Origin: an uncultured Nitrospiraceae bacterium
GTDB taxonomy: Bacteria; Nitrospirota; Thermodesulfovibrionia; Thermodesulfovibrionales; Dissulfurispiraceae
Reading direction: 5' to 3'
Assembly (NCBI GenBank): GCA_963705105.1
Contig: CAVPIW010000005.1
Location: 384,001-448,000, forward strand
DNA length: 64,000 nucleotides
The number at the start of each line of letters is the position of its first letter. The first letter of the stretch is position 1. A program made the translations under genes and the position numbers. The notes below the pieces were generated by a model. It ran no database searches. It had not been told where the DNA came from and worked only from the letters and a program-made list of their open reading frames with translations. Positions 49,819 to 59,350 of this stretch are shown piece by piece.

Positions 49819-50857
49819 AAGAGAGAGCATCATCCTCATCGGGCACGGCAGTCCGCGGCGGGAGGCGAACAATATCGATCTCATGGCGGGGCTCCTCCAC
49901 AGTTACATCCATCCGGGATGCGGAGACGGATGCGTCAGCGTCGCCTACCTCCAGTTCACGGAGCCGGAAATCATGGATGCCATCGGCAATGCCGTCGGCA
50001 GGGGAGCGGAGCGGGTGATCCTCCATCCCTTCTTCCTGAGCTCGGGCATGCACGTGACGAAGGACATTCCCGAAATGATCGAAGAGGCGAAGACGCGTTA
50101 TCCCGGAGTGCAGTTCCTCTACACGGAACCCCTGGGCCTCCATGAGCGGATGGCGCCGATCATCATGGAACGGATCAATGCGGCGAGGAACCCTGACCCG
50201 TCCGAAATCGAGCGCCGGAGCTTCGAGATGATCGGCGAAGAGATGGACCTGAGCGGCATCCCTGCTGCGCAGAGGCCCGTGGTTCAGCGCGTCATTCATG
50301 CGACGGCCGATTTCGAGTTCGCCGGGACCCTCGTCTTTCACCGCCGCGCCATCGAGGCGGGTGTCGCCGCGATACGCGCAGGAAAAGATATTCTCACAGA
50401 CATCGAGATGGTCCGGACGGGCATCAACAAGGGGCTGCTCGGCCGATGGGGAGGCAAGGTCATCTGCGCGCTGCACGATATTGAGCCGGCCGGAGAAAGC
50501 CATGCGGACACAACGTCGGAAGGAGGCGTCTGCGGCAGGACCCGGGCGGAGCGGGGGATAGAGAAGGGTCTGAGGGAGCATCCCGGCGTCGGCATCATCG
50601 TCATCGGCAACGCGCCGACGGCCCTCCTGAGGACGATCGATATCCTCACCTCGAAAGAGAGCCCCGTCGACCCGTCGAATGTCCTCGTCGTCGGTGTTCC
50701 CGTGGGGTTCGTCAAGGCCCTCGAATCGAAGACGCTCCTGTCACAGCAGGATGTCCCCCACATCACCAACCTGAGCAGGAAAGGCGGCACACCCGTCGCC
50801 GTCGCCGTCGTCAACGCGCTCCTGCGCATCGCGAACGATGAAGGAGCGGGAAAATGA
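49808..50857 (+). CDS. cbiC: CbiX-type cobaltochelatase fused to precorrin-8X methylmutase
   Basis: N-terminal GHGS...PFFL..G.H...DIP; C-terminal IE..SF, RVIHATAD, GNAPTAL, PVGFV. Confidence 0.93.
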   Translation: MDNKRESIILIGHGSPRREANNIDLMAGLLHSYIHPGCGDGCVSVAYLQFTEPEIMDAIGNAVGRGAERVILHPFFLSSGMHVTKDIPEMIEEAKTRYPGVQFLYTEPLGLHERMAPIIMERINAARNPDPSEIERRSFEMIGEEMDLSGIPAAQRPVVQRVIHATADFEFAGTLVFHRRAIEAGVAAIRAGKDILTDIEMVRTGINKGLLGRWGGKVICALHDIEPAGESHADTTSEGGVCGRTRAERGIEKGLREHPGVGIIVIGNAPTALLRTIDILTSKESPVDPSNVLVVGVPVGFVKALESKTLLSQQDVPHITNLSRKGGTPVAVAVVNALLRIANDEGAGK

Positions 50858-51894
50858 ACAGGAGAGCCTCTCAGGCTGCAGGCGCCGAACACGTTAATCG
50901 TGTCGATGCACATGACCGGCCGAAAGGCGGGGTGTATGCGCCGAAAACCTTGATGCGGCGACACCTTAACCGTCACACAAGACGACGGCTCGATCTGACG
51001 GTTGATGATACAAACAACAGAATCCTGAAACACGAAGCTGACGATGCTCATCGTCGCCTTCATCAAGGCTTTGAGGCGCTTCGCCCCGCCTTTTCAGGCA
51101 ACTGCAACGTTAAAATGTCTCATCATATCTGCCTTTCCGGAGAAAGAGTCGGACCCTGGGGGCTATTTATCTGCGCCCTCTTGTCGATCCTCCTCGTCAG
51201 CGACGATTCATACGCCATGCACATATCGGAGGGCCTCCTCCCCTTTTCATGGGCTATCCTGTGGTATGCCGCGGCAATCCCCTTTCTCGCCTGGGGTCTC
51301 TGGCGGCTGAAACAACTCGCCCAAAAGGACCTGTCAAGCAAGCCCCTCGTCGGGCTCATGGCCGCCGTGGTCTTCATCATCTCCTGCATGCCCGTCCCCG
51401 TGCCAACGGCCGGCACCTGTTCACACCCCTGCGGAACGGGGATGTCGGGGATCCTCCTCGGCCCCGCCGTGAGCGTCGTCGTCGCCGCTGCAGCCCTCCT
51501 CATCCAGGCCCTCTTCCTCGCCCATGGCGGCCTGAGCACCCTCGGTGCGAATGTCATCTCCATGGGCGTTGTCGGATCGGCGGCCGGGTATGCCGTGTTC
51601 CGCCTCATGAGGTTCATGAACATCCGGCTTTCCGTGGCCGCCTTTTCAGCAGGTCTCTTTGCCGACTGGGCGACGTACGTGATGACGGCATTGGAACTCA
51701 CCCTTGGGATCAGGGGTGACACGCCGCTCATCTCCCTCTTTACGAAAATCGTCATCGCCTTCGTCCCGACGCAGCTCCCCCTCGGCATCCTCGAGGGCTT
51801 CATGACGGCGGGCATGGTGGTGCTCCTGTCGAAGAAACGGCCCGACCTGCTCATCAGGACCGGGGTGTTGAAAAACGGGGAGGCTGTGGCATGA
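50854..51894 (+). CDS. cbiM: Cobalt ECF transporter S component with a repeat-derived N-terminal extension
   Basis: Mature MHISEG at 51217 after a signal peptide; SHP.G, AHGG; ATG at 50854 overlaps the cbiC stop; true start uncertain. Confidence 0.92.
   Translation: MNRRASQAAGAEHVNRVDAHDRPKGGVYAPKTLMRRHLNRHTRRRLDLTVDDTNNRILKHEADDAHRRLHQGFEALRPAFSGNCNVKMSHHICLSGERVGPWGLFICALLSILLVSDDSYAMHISEGLLPFSWAILWYAAAIPFLAWGLWRLKQLAQKDLSSKPLVGLMAAVVFIISCMPVPVPTAGTCSHPCGTGMSGILLGPAVSVVVAAAALLIQALFLAHGGLSTLGANVISMGVVGSAAGYAVFRLMRFMNIRLSVAAFSAGLFADWATYVMTALELTLGIRGDTPLISLFTKIVIAFVPTQLPLGILEGFMTAGMVVLLSKKRPDLLIRTGVLKNGEAVA
50871..51140 (+). repeat. Family A copy 3 nested in a family-C remnant, inside the cbiM reading frame
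   Basis: C piece CAGGCTGCAGGCGCCGAACAC, full A arms at about 50923-51094, C piece AAATGTCTCATCATATCTGCCTT. Confidence 0.88.
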
Positions 51895-52448
51895 GCGCCA
51901 AAATCGCTGCAATGAGACCGTCCAAACGGGGAGAGGGTTTGGTTTCTGAAGCAAAATTCACGGGTAATGTGAACGGCGGCGGGAGTCGAAGGCGGAAGCC
52001 GAAGCGGGAGCCGCACAGGTGGACGTGTGAGAACGATCTCTTCAATCACAGGACATGTACACGGGGAAAGGTAGTTTATTTTGCGAAGAAATCATACCCT
52101 CTTCCCGTGTCGGATTGTTTTGGACACTATTGCATGAGCAGGGAAAAAACAGCCGCTGTCGTGCTATGCTTATTTTTCTTCCTTTGCCTGTCCTCGCTCG
52201 TTGCCGCCGCGGAGAAGTGGCAGGGCGTCGACGAGGCCGTCGTCGAGAAGGTCGCGAAGGAGCACGGCCGGGAGGCCCGTGAACCCCTCATCAATACCGA
52301 CCAGGGCGACCTCCTGCTCTTCGCCTTTCTCCTGGCCGGCGCCGGCGGCGGTTTCGCCGCGGGATACTACTGGCGCAAGCTGGTCGAACAGAGGCCGGCG
52401 ACGGGAAAGGACGGAGAAGCGAAACTCAGGGCGAAAACGGGGACATAG
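51891..52448 (+). CDS. Small cobalt transporter subunit (CbiN-like) with an in-frame element at its N-terminus
   Basis: KWQGVDE..VEK, DQGDLLLF.F...GY; lies between cbiM and cbiQ; second ATG at 52134. Confidence 0.8.
   Translation: MSAKIAAMRPSKRGEGLVSEAKFTGNVNGGGSRRRKPKREPHRWTCENDLFNHRTCTRGKVVYFAKKSYPLPVSDCFGHYCMSREKTAAVVLCLFFFLCLSSLVAAAEKWQGVDEAVVEKVAKEHGREAREPLINTDQGDLLLFAFLLAGAGGGFAAGYYWRKLVEQRPATGKDGEAKLRAKTGT
51897..52131 (+). mobile_element. Family D palindromic miniature element with 8-bp target-site duplication
   Basis: GCATGAGC at 51889-51896 and 52132-52139; inverted arms ACGGGGAGAGGGT..GTTTCT..GCAAAAT / ATTTTGC..AGAAATCATACCCTCTTCCCGT. Confidence 0.8.
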
Positions 52449-52450
52449 CG

Positions 52451-53203
52451 ATGGAACATCTCTCCTTCTGCATCACGAGGAACCACCTCCTGTCCAGGGT
52501 CGACGGCCGTGTCAAGATCGTCGTTTCCCTCACCCTGCTCGCCATGGTCCTGAGCTACAGGGGCTTTCTCTTTCCCCTCGTCGTGACGGTCCTTGCCGTG
52601 GCCCTCTGCGCCGGAATGCGGGTACCCATCCGTACTTTCGCCCTCCGCTTCGCCGAACCCGTCTTCATCGCCCTCGTCATCCTTGTCCTGAAGCTCTTCT
52701 TTTCCGGCGCCGATCCCCTTTTCAACATAGACATTTCCGGCGTCTCTCTCACCGGATACCGGGACGGTCTCATGGAAGGCCTCCTCATCGTGTCGAGGAT
52801 TATCGCCGCCGTGGCCCTCATCGCCGTGCTGGGGTTCTCCACATCCTTCACCGAGTTCATGGCCGGCCTGTCATGGCTGAAGGTCCCGCAGGTATTCATC
52901 GAGGTCCTCATGTTCGCCTATCGCTACATTTTTCTGTTCATCGAAGAGGCCTCCGTCATCTATAACGCCCAGAAAAACCGGCTCGGCTACTCGTCGGTCA
53001 GGCGGGGTCTCACGTCCTTCGGCATTCTCGCGGGGTCCCTCACCCTCCGCGCCTTCGAGCACAGCCAGAACACGACGATCGCCATGGTCCAGCGCGGGTA
53101 CGACGGCAACATCCCGATCATGAAGCACAGGCCTTTCAGGGCCGCCGAGGTGCTCCTCTCCCTCGTCCTCGTCGTCACCATGGGTGTCGTATGGAAGATC
53201 TGA
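52451..53203 (+). CDS. cbiQ: Cobalt ECF transporter T component
   Basis: D.RVK, YRYIF, AQKNRLG, AMVQRGY. Confidence 0.93.
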   Translation: MEHLSFCITRNHLLSRVDGRVKIVVSLTLLAMVLSYRGFLFPLVVTVLAVALCAGMRVPIRTFALRFAEPVFIALVILVLKLFFSGADPLFNIDISGVSLTGYRDGLMEGLLIVSRIIAAVALIAVLGFSTSFTEFMAGLSWLKVPQVFIEVLMFAYRYIFLFIEEASVIYNAQKNRLGYSSVRRGLTSFGILAGSLTLRAFEHSQNTTIAMVQRGYDGNIPIMKHRPFRAAEVLLSLVLVVTMGVVWKI

Positions 53204-54033
53204 TCAGGCTGTCCGTCCATGTGGGGTCCTTCTCCTATCCTGACGGGACAAAGGTGCTCAGCGGGATCGACCTCGACGTCAGAAAGGGTGAATTCGTCGG
53301 GATTCTCGGGTCCAACGGTTCGGGCAAGACATCGCTCCTGAAGGTCATGGACGGGCTTTTCAAGGATTTCTCCGGCATGGTCCTGCTCGACGGCGCGGAC
53401 ATCAGGAAGCTCTCCCCCAAGGACATCTACCGCAAGATGGGGCTCATTTTCCAGAACCCCGATGATCAGCTCTTCGCCTCGTCGGTCTCCGAGGACGTCT
53501 CTTTCGGTCCCCTGAACATGGGATATCCGGAGAGCGAAGTCTGCCGGAGGGTGGAAGAAGCCCTTCGGGACGTGGAAATGGAGGGGTTTGCGTTGAAGTC
53601 GATCCACAGTCTCAGCTTCGGCCAGAAAAAACGGGTCTGCATCGCCGGGCTCCTCGCCATGGGCCATGAGATCCTGCTCCTGGACGAGCCGACGGCAGGC
53701 CTTGATCCCATGGGCGAATACAAGATGATGAATCTCCTCATGAAACTGAACAGGGAACGGGCTGTGACGATCGTGATGGCGACGCACAGCGTCGACCTCG
53801 TGCCCCTCTTCCTCAGCAGACTCTATATCCTCAGCAAGGGAAGGATCGTCCGGGGCGGTACCCCCGAGGAGGTCTTTACGGCGCCCGAGGAGATGTCCCG
53901 GGTGAAGCTCCGCCTGCCCCAGATCGCCGAACTGATCTACCGGCTCAAACACGAGGACGGCATCTCCTTTAGACGGATACCGCTGACGATCGGCGAGGCA
54001 CGGCGGGAGATCGCGCGGATGATAAAGACGTGA
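53191..54033 (+). CDS. cbiO: Cobalt ECF transporter ATPase
   Basis: GSNGSGKT, FQNPDDQLF, LSFGQKK, DEPTAGLD. Confidence 0.94.
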   Translation: MEDLIRLSVHVGSFSYPDGTKVLSGIDLDVRKGEFVGILGSNGSGKTSLLKVMDGLFKDFSGMVLLDGADIRKLSPKDIYRKMGLIFQNPDDQLFASSVSEDVSFGPLNMGYPESEVCRRVEEALRDVEMEGFALKSIHSLSFGQKKRVCIAGLLAMGHEILLLDEPTAGLDPMGEYKMMNLLMKLNRERAVTIVMATHSVDLVPLFLSRLYILSKGRIVRGGTPEEVFTAPEEMSRVKLRLPQIAELIYRLKHEDGISFRRIPLTIGEARREIARMIKT

Positions 54034-54560
54034 CGCCCATGAAGCGGAAGGGATACATCCAGGTCTACACGGGGACGGGAAAGGGCAAGACGACGGCCGC
54101 TCTCGGCCTGGCCCTGCGGGCTGCCGGCGCAGGTCACCGGGTCTTTATCGCCCACTTCGTCAAGAAGATGCAGACGAGCGAGCACAAAGCCCTCGGCCGG
54201 TTTTCCGATCTCGTCACCTTCCGGCAATACGGCACGGGATTCCTCAGGGGAAAGGGAAAGACGGACAAGGCGGCGGAAGCGGCGCAGCAGGGGTTCGGAG
54301 AGGCAAGGGACATCATTGCATCGGGAACATATGACGTCGTCATTCTCGACGAGATAAATGTCGCCGTCCACTACGGACTCATACGCGCCGAAGACGTGCT
54401 CGAAGTCCTCGATGCGAAGCCGCCCGGCGTCGAGGTCATCCTGACGGGCAGAAACGCCGAGGAACGGATCATCGCAAGGGCAGACCTCGTGACGGAAATG
54501 AGAGAGATCAAGCACTATTATCACGAGGGAGTGAAGGCGCGACGAGGTATCGAGCACTGA
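54030..54560 (+). CDS. btuR: Cob(I)yrinic acid a,c-diamide adenosyltransferase
   Basis: YTG.GKGKTTAALG, ILDE, LTGR, KH...G...RGIE. Confidence 0.95.
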   Translation: MTPMKRKGYIQVYTGTGKGKTTAALGLALRAAGAGHRVFIAHFVKKMQTSEHKALGRFSDLVTFRQYGTGFLRGKGKTDKAAEAAQQGFGEARDIIASGTYDVVILDEINVAVHYGLIRAEDVLEVLDAKPPGVEVILTGRNAEERIIARADLVTEMREIKHYYHEGVKARRGIEH

Positions 54561-54561
54561 G

Positions 54562-55692
54562 ATGAGGAAGCGCCTCCGATCGGGATACACGACGGGCGCC
54601 TGTGCCGCAGCAGCGGCAAAAGCCGCCGCCGAGCTGCTGACAGGGAGCTTTGAGCACCCGGGCTCCGTCGAGATCCCCTTTCCCGACGGGAGCAGGGTCA
54701 GATTCAGGGCCCGCCAGTGCGATATAACCCGTGACGGGAATGCCGCCTGGGCGGTCATCGTCAAGGATGCCGGCGACGACCCCGATGTGACGAACGGCGC
54801 CCGGATCAGGGCCGACGTCAGGTTCCTGGAGAACAGGGAGGATGACAAGGGTGAAATGATCATCATCAGGGGCGGCGCCGGTGTCGGAACGGTCACCAAG
54901 CCGGGACTCACCGTGCCCGTCGGCGGACCTGCCATCAACCCCGTTCCACGGTTGATGATCCGCGAAGCCGTTCATGAAGCGCTGGGCCGGGACGCTTCGC
55001 CGGAGACGCGCCGGGTGGTGGAGGTAGTTATTTCCGTGGCAGACGGCGAGGAGTTGGCCCGGAAGACCCTCAACGCCCGCCTCGGCATCGTCGGTGGCAT
55101 TTCGATCCTCGGCACGACGGGCATCGTGAAGCCCCTCTCGGCAGAGGCCTGGACGGCGACCGTCATTTCGTCGATGGATGTGGCCAAGGCGACGGGAAGC
55201 AGGGAGATCGTCCTTTCGGCGGGACGGGCCTCCGAGAGGGCACACATGGAGACGTTCCACCTGCCCGTGGAGGCCTACGTGATGATGGGCGATTACCTCG
55301 AGTTCTCCCTTGTCGAAGCGAAGTACCACCGCTTCGAACAGGTCCACCTCTGCGCCCAGTGGGCGAAGATGCTCAAGATTGCCATGGCGACGCCGCAGAC
55401 ACATGTACGGCACGGCGCTCTCGACACGGACAGGGCCGTCGCCTTTTTGAATGAACAGGGGATCGACACATCGGCGGGAAAACCGTTCAACACGGCACGT
55501 GAGATCTTCGAATACCTCGGGCGGACGGGTACGGACCAGCGGCTGGCCTGGCTGAAGATCTGCTCTGCCGCGCGGAAGTACGCGCAGGGACTGACGGGCG
55601 GCATTCCCGTCCCGACACACCTGGTCTCGTACGACGGTAAGATTCTGTTGACGGTTAACGACAATGACAGGACCGAGTCCAAAATAATCTGA
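54562..55692 (+). CDS. cbiD: Cobalt-precorrin-5B C1-methyltransferase
   Basis: GYTTGACA, KDAGDDPDVT, GGISILGTTG; stop codon lies within a family D element. Confidence 0.96.
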   Translation: MRKRLRSGYTTGACAAAAAKAAAELLTGSFEHPGSVEIPFPDGSRVRFRARQCDITRDGNAAWAVIVKDAGDDPDVTNGARIRADVRFLENREDDKGEMIIIRGGAGVGTVTKPGLTVPVGGPAINPVPRLMIREAVHEALGRDASPETRRVVEVVISVADGEELARKTLNARLGIVGGISILGTTGIVKPLSAEAWTATVISSMDVAKATGSREIVLSAGRASERAHMETFHLPVEAYVMMGDYLEFSLVEAKYHRFEQVHLCAQWAKMLKIAMATPQTHVRHGALDTDRAVAFLNEQGIDTSAGKPFNTAREIFEYLGRTGTDQRLAWLKICSAARKYAQGLTGGIPVPTHLVSYDGKILLTVNDNDRTESKII

Positions 55693-55912
55693 CACGAGGA
55701 TAAGGCATGATTTCTTCGCAAAATAAACTACCTCATATCTTGTGCGAGACTTGTTACGAAGATACACGTTCTCGCAAATACACTGTGCGGCTCCCGCTTC
55801 GGCGTACGCCTTCGACTCCCGCCGCCGTTCACGCTACCCGTGAATTTTACATCAGAAACCAAACCTTATCCTCGTTTTCAAGGTCTCGCTGCAGGCATCG
55901 TACGGGAAATGC
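55677..55912 (-). repeat. Palindromic element family D (inverted)
   Basis: Reverse complement of 51897-52131, including GCGGCGGGAGTCGAAGGCG. Confidence 0.88.
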
Positions 55913-55924
55913 TCCTTTCACTGA

Positions 55925-56136
55925 CACGTCATCCCTGCAACGGGATATCCGGAAAGGCGGGGCGAAGATGCCGAAAAGCCTTGGTGCTGCGAAACCTATG
56001 CCTTCCCATACGGATCATTTCAGGCTGATGGGTAATCGCACAGAGGGTGGAATCCCCAATGTCCAATTTCAAATGATCATGCTCGCTATCAGCAAGGCTT
56101 TGAGGCACTTTGTCCCGCCTTTTCACACATCTGCAT
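55925..56136 (+). repeat. Palindromic element family B, copy 2
   Basis: Arms and much of the interior match 11784-11994. Confidence 0.9.
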
Positions 56137-56174
56137 GGGATGACCTCACACTGTCACTGACTTTCTTTTGTAAC

Positions 56175-57479
56175 ATGAAAAAGGTCTACGTCATCGGCAT
56201 CGGCTACAAGCCCCTGGACAGGCTGGCGAGGAATATCATCGCCGCCTCGGACATTATCCTCGCATCGAGAAGACTCCACGAAGTCTTCATGCGGTACACG
56301 GAGCACGATCATGTGCGGGAGAGGGTCGTCGTCATCAACAACGTCGACGAAACGATCAACCGCATCCGGGAAATCCTCGAGCAGCCGCATGGAGATCAGC
56401 GGCCTGTAACACTCCTCGCCTCGGGCGACCCCCTCTTCCACGGCATCGGGCGGAGGGCCCTCAGGGAGTTCGGCAGGGAGGCCGTCGAGATCGTCCCGGA
56501 ACTTTCAAGTATCCAGGTCGCCTTCGCGAGGATCAAGCTGTCCTGGGACGATGCCTTCTTTGTCAGCCTCCACGGCGGTCCCGATCCGGAAAAGAGGCGC
56601 CACCTCCCCTATGTCATCACCGACATCCCATCACTCATAGGCATGCACCGGACAATCGCCGTACTGACAGACCGGGAGAACAACCCCGCCCGCATCGCCG
56701 GCGTCATCGCCTCATCGCCCGGGACGACCCACGCCGCAGTCCGGCTCCATGTCTGCGAGAAACTGGGCTATAACGACGAGAGAATCGTCACAGGAAGGCC
56801 GGAGGAGATAGCGGCGGGAGAGTACGCTGACCCCAACGTCGTCATCATCGAACGCGAGGGGGAGCAGACTCCGGTCGTAAGAGAACCCCTTGATGCCAGT
56901 TCGGCCGGCGGGGAGACCAGGTTCGGCCTCAGGGAGGAGGAGATAGCCCATGCACGGGGACTGATCACCAAGGATGAAGTCAGGGCCGTCGCTATCCATG
57001 CCCTTCGGCTGCCTGAACAGGGCGTGCTCTGGGACATCGGCGCCGGATCGGGGTCCCTCTCCGTCGAAGCGGCCCGGCTCAGCCCGGGGCTCTCCGTCCT
57101 CAGCGTCGAGCGGTCCGACGAACAGCTCAGACATATCGGGGAGAACAGGGAGAAATTCGCCTGCCGGAATATAGAAATCAGGGCCGGAGAGGCGCCGGGT
57201 GCCCTCGATGGTCTGCCGCGGCCGGACAGGGTGTTCATCGGGGGCAGCGGCGGCAAGTTAGGTGAGATCATAGAATCCGTTTCAGCCGTAATGCTGTCCG
57301 GTATCGTCGTGATCAACGCGTCGACGATCGAGACATTCTCGGCAGCCGTGGAAGCACTGAGGGCACACCGTTTTGACGTCGGGGCCGTCCAGGTCTCCCT
57401 GGCAAGGATGAAGCCTCTCGGGAGCGGTCACTTTCTTTCGGCCCTCAATCCGGTTTTCGTGATCAGGGGGGAGCGATGA
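56175..57479 (+). CDS. cbiET: Bifunctional precorrin-6Y C5,15-methyltransferase (CbiE-CbiT)
   Basis: VIGIG, ASGDP..HG, TK.EVR, WDIGAGSG, FIGGS; frame open upstream to 55707. Confidence 0.93.
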   Translation: MKKVYVIGIGYKPLDRLARNIIAASDIILASRRLHEVFMRYTEHDHVRERVVVINNVDETINRIREILEQPHGDQRPVTLLASGDPLFHGIGRRALREFGREAVEIVPELSSIQVAFARIKLSWDDAFFVSLHGGPDPEKRRHLPYVITDIPSLIGMHRTIAVLTDRENNPARIAGVIASSPGTTHAAVRLHVCEKLGYNDERIVTGRPEEIAAGEYADPNVVIIEREGEQTPVVREPLDASSAGGETRFGLREEEIAHARGLITKDEVRAVAIHALRLPEQGVLWDIGAGSGSLSVEAARLSPGLSVLSVERSDEQLRHIGENREKFACRNIEIRAGEAPGALDGLPRPDRVFIGGSGGKLGEIIESVSAVMLSGIVVINASTIETFSAAVEALRAHRFDVGAVQVSLARMKPLGSGHFLSALNPVFVIRGER

Positions 57480-58195
57480 AACAGGGGAAACTTTTTGTTG
57501 TCGGCGTTGGTCCCGGAGACCCGGAACTGATCACGCTCAAAGCGGTCCGGATCCTGAGGGATGTGCCTGCCCTCTGCGTCCCCAAGGGGAAGGAGGAAGG
57601 GACGAGCCTCGCCCTCTCGATCCTGAGACCTGTCGTCTCCCTCGAGGGAAAGGACGTCTTCGAGGCGCACTTTCCCATGAGAAAGACGAAGGACCCTGAC
57701 CATGAATCCGAGCTGGGCAGGAAATGGGATGCCATAACCGGTGCCGTCATGGCCCGCCTGAATGCGGGGACCGATGTGGCCTTCATCACCCTCGGTGACC
57801 CGTCCGTCTACAGCACCTTCTTCTATCTCTACGACCGGCTGCTGACGGCTGACCCGCCGCCGTCCGTCGAGATCATCCCGGGCGTCTCATCCGTGAACGC
57901 CGCAGCCTGCCGTCTGGGCCTGTCCCTGGGACTGGCAGACGAGAAGATCGCCGTCATCCCCGCGACGTACGCGAAGGACCTCAGTGCAATCCTCGGCCTC
58001 TTCGACACCGTCGTTCTCATGAAGGTCCACCGGGTCTTCGGAACGATCCTGAAGACCCTCGAAGGCCTGAACCTTGCGGGAAACGCTCACTACATCGCCA
58101 GGGTCGGCATGGACGACGAGATCGTACACCACGACGTCAGGAACATACCGGAAGAGCACCTGAACTACTTCTCGGTCCTCATTGTCCGGAAATGA
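57476..58195 (+). CDS. cbiL: Cobalt-precorrin-2 C20-methyltransferase
   Basis: GVGPGDPELITLKA, LGDP..YSTF, VLMK, YFS. Confidence 0.94.
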   Translation: MKQGKLFVVGVGPGDPELITLKAVRILRDVPALCVPKGKEEGTSLALSILRPVVSLEGKDVFEAHFPMRKTKDPDHESELGRKWDAITGAVMARLNAGTDVAFITLGDPSVYSTFFYLYDRLLTADPPPSVEIIPGVSSVNAAACRLGLSLGLADEKIAVIPATYAKDLSAILGLFDTVVLMKVHRVFGTILKTLEGLNLAGNAHYIARVGMDDEIVHHDVRNIPEEHLNYFSVLIVRK

Positions 58196-58203
58196 GCGGC
58201 ATG

Positions 58204-58557
58204 CCCTTATCGTCACATGCGTCTTCCGGAAAGGAAGGGCGGAGATGCCACCATCATGGTCATCACTTCCTGGTCGAGGGTCGACAGTCGGAACAAGGCC
58301 GGGAACGCCGGGACGGGAAGGCTGATGTGGTGAAAAGCCTTTCCGCTAAGATACCTTATTCGTCACCAGACCACACTTTTCCGTGTCGATTGACATCAAG
58401 TGCCCGTCAGGCAGCAGGCGCTGAACACCCGAGCGATGTCTCATCATCGCATTGGATAGGCTTTGAACCACATCTGCCTTCCCGGCATCAGCGTCGATAT
58501 CCGCGAAACCTTCAGATGCTTTCCGCCGTTTTTCCGGGGCTTGTTACGATGATAAGG
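58204..58557 (+). repeat. Family C element with both termini, read through as a 122-codon ORF (58192-58560)
   Basis: CCTTATCGTC...CCGGAAA left end and TTTCCGG...GATGATAAGG right end around the C core. Confidence 0.88.
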
Positions 58558-58567
58558 TGAGCATATC

Positions 58568-59350
58568 GTGAAGCAGACTGAACTGGACAGGCTGAAGGCG
58601 TGGTTCGCCCGGTACTGCGGGAGGTTTCACACACCCCGCCGGGAAGACCAGTTGAACTACACGCTGAAAGAGGTGCACACCCGCAATGTCTGCAGGGACA
58701 TCGCCCTTATCGCCGGGGAGAGCGGGCTGTCTGAGGACCTCGTCGCCCTCGCCGAGGCGATCGGCCTGTTCCATGACGTCGGCAGGTTCCCCCAGTATGA
58801 GCAGTACGGGACCTTCAGGGACGCCGTGTCGGTCAACCACGGACTCCTCGGTTCCAAGGTGATCATTCAGGAAGGGGTTCTTGACGGGCTTCCCGAGCGG
58901 GAGCGTCGGATCATCATCACCGCCGTGAAATACCACAACTCCTTCAGCATCCCGGACCTCGGCGACAACGAGACGGTCCTCTTCCTGAGGCTGATCCGCG
59001 ATGCCGACAAACTCGACATCTGGCGGGTCTTCTGCGAGTATTTCGAAGGCAACGAGGAAGACAGGGCCTCTGCAGCGTGCCTCGGATTCCCCGATGTCCC
59101 CGGGTATGACGGGGAGGTCATCTCATGCCTGCGCGAGGGACGTGTCGCCTCCCTGGCCCATGTCCGGACCCTCACCGACTACAAGCTCATGCAGCTGTCC
59201 TGGATGTTCGACATCCAATTCGGGACGTCCTACCGCCTCCTTAACGAGAGAAACTATATCGGCCGTTACGCCGCCGTCCTCCCGACTGACGGGGAGATCG
59301 TGACTGCCGTAGGAAAGGTGAAAGAGTATGTCCAGAAGCGAGCGGGCTAA
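58568..59350 (+). CDS. HD-domain phosphohydrolase
   Basis: K..HT, FHDVGRF, NHG, YHN, RDADKLD. Confidence 0.9.
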   Translation: MKQTELDRLKAWFARYCGRFHTPRREDQLNYTLKEVHTRNVCRDIALIAGESGLSEDLVALAEAIGLFHDVGRFPQYEQYGTFRDAVSVNHGLLGSKVIIQEGVLDGLPERERRIIITAVKYHNSFSIPDLGDNETVLFLRLIRDADKLDIWRVFCEYFEGNEEDRASAACLGFPDVPGYDGEVISCLREGRVASLAHVRTLTDYKLMQLSWMFDIQFGTSYRLLNERNYIGRYAAVLPTDGEIVTAVGKVKEYVQKRAG

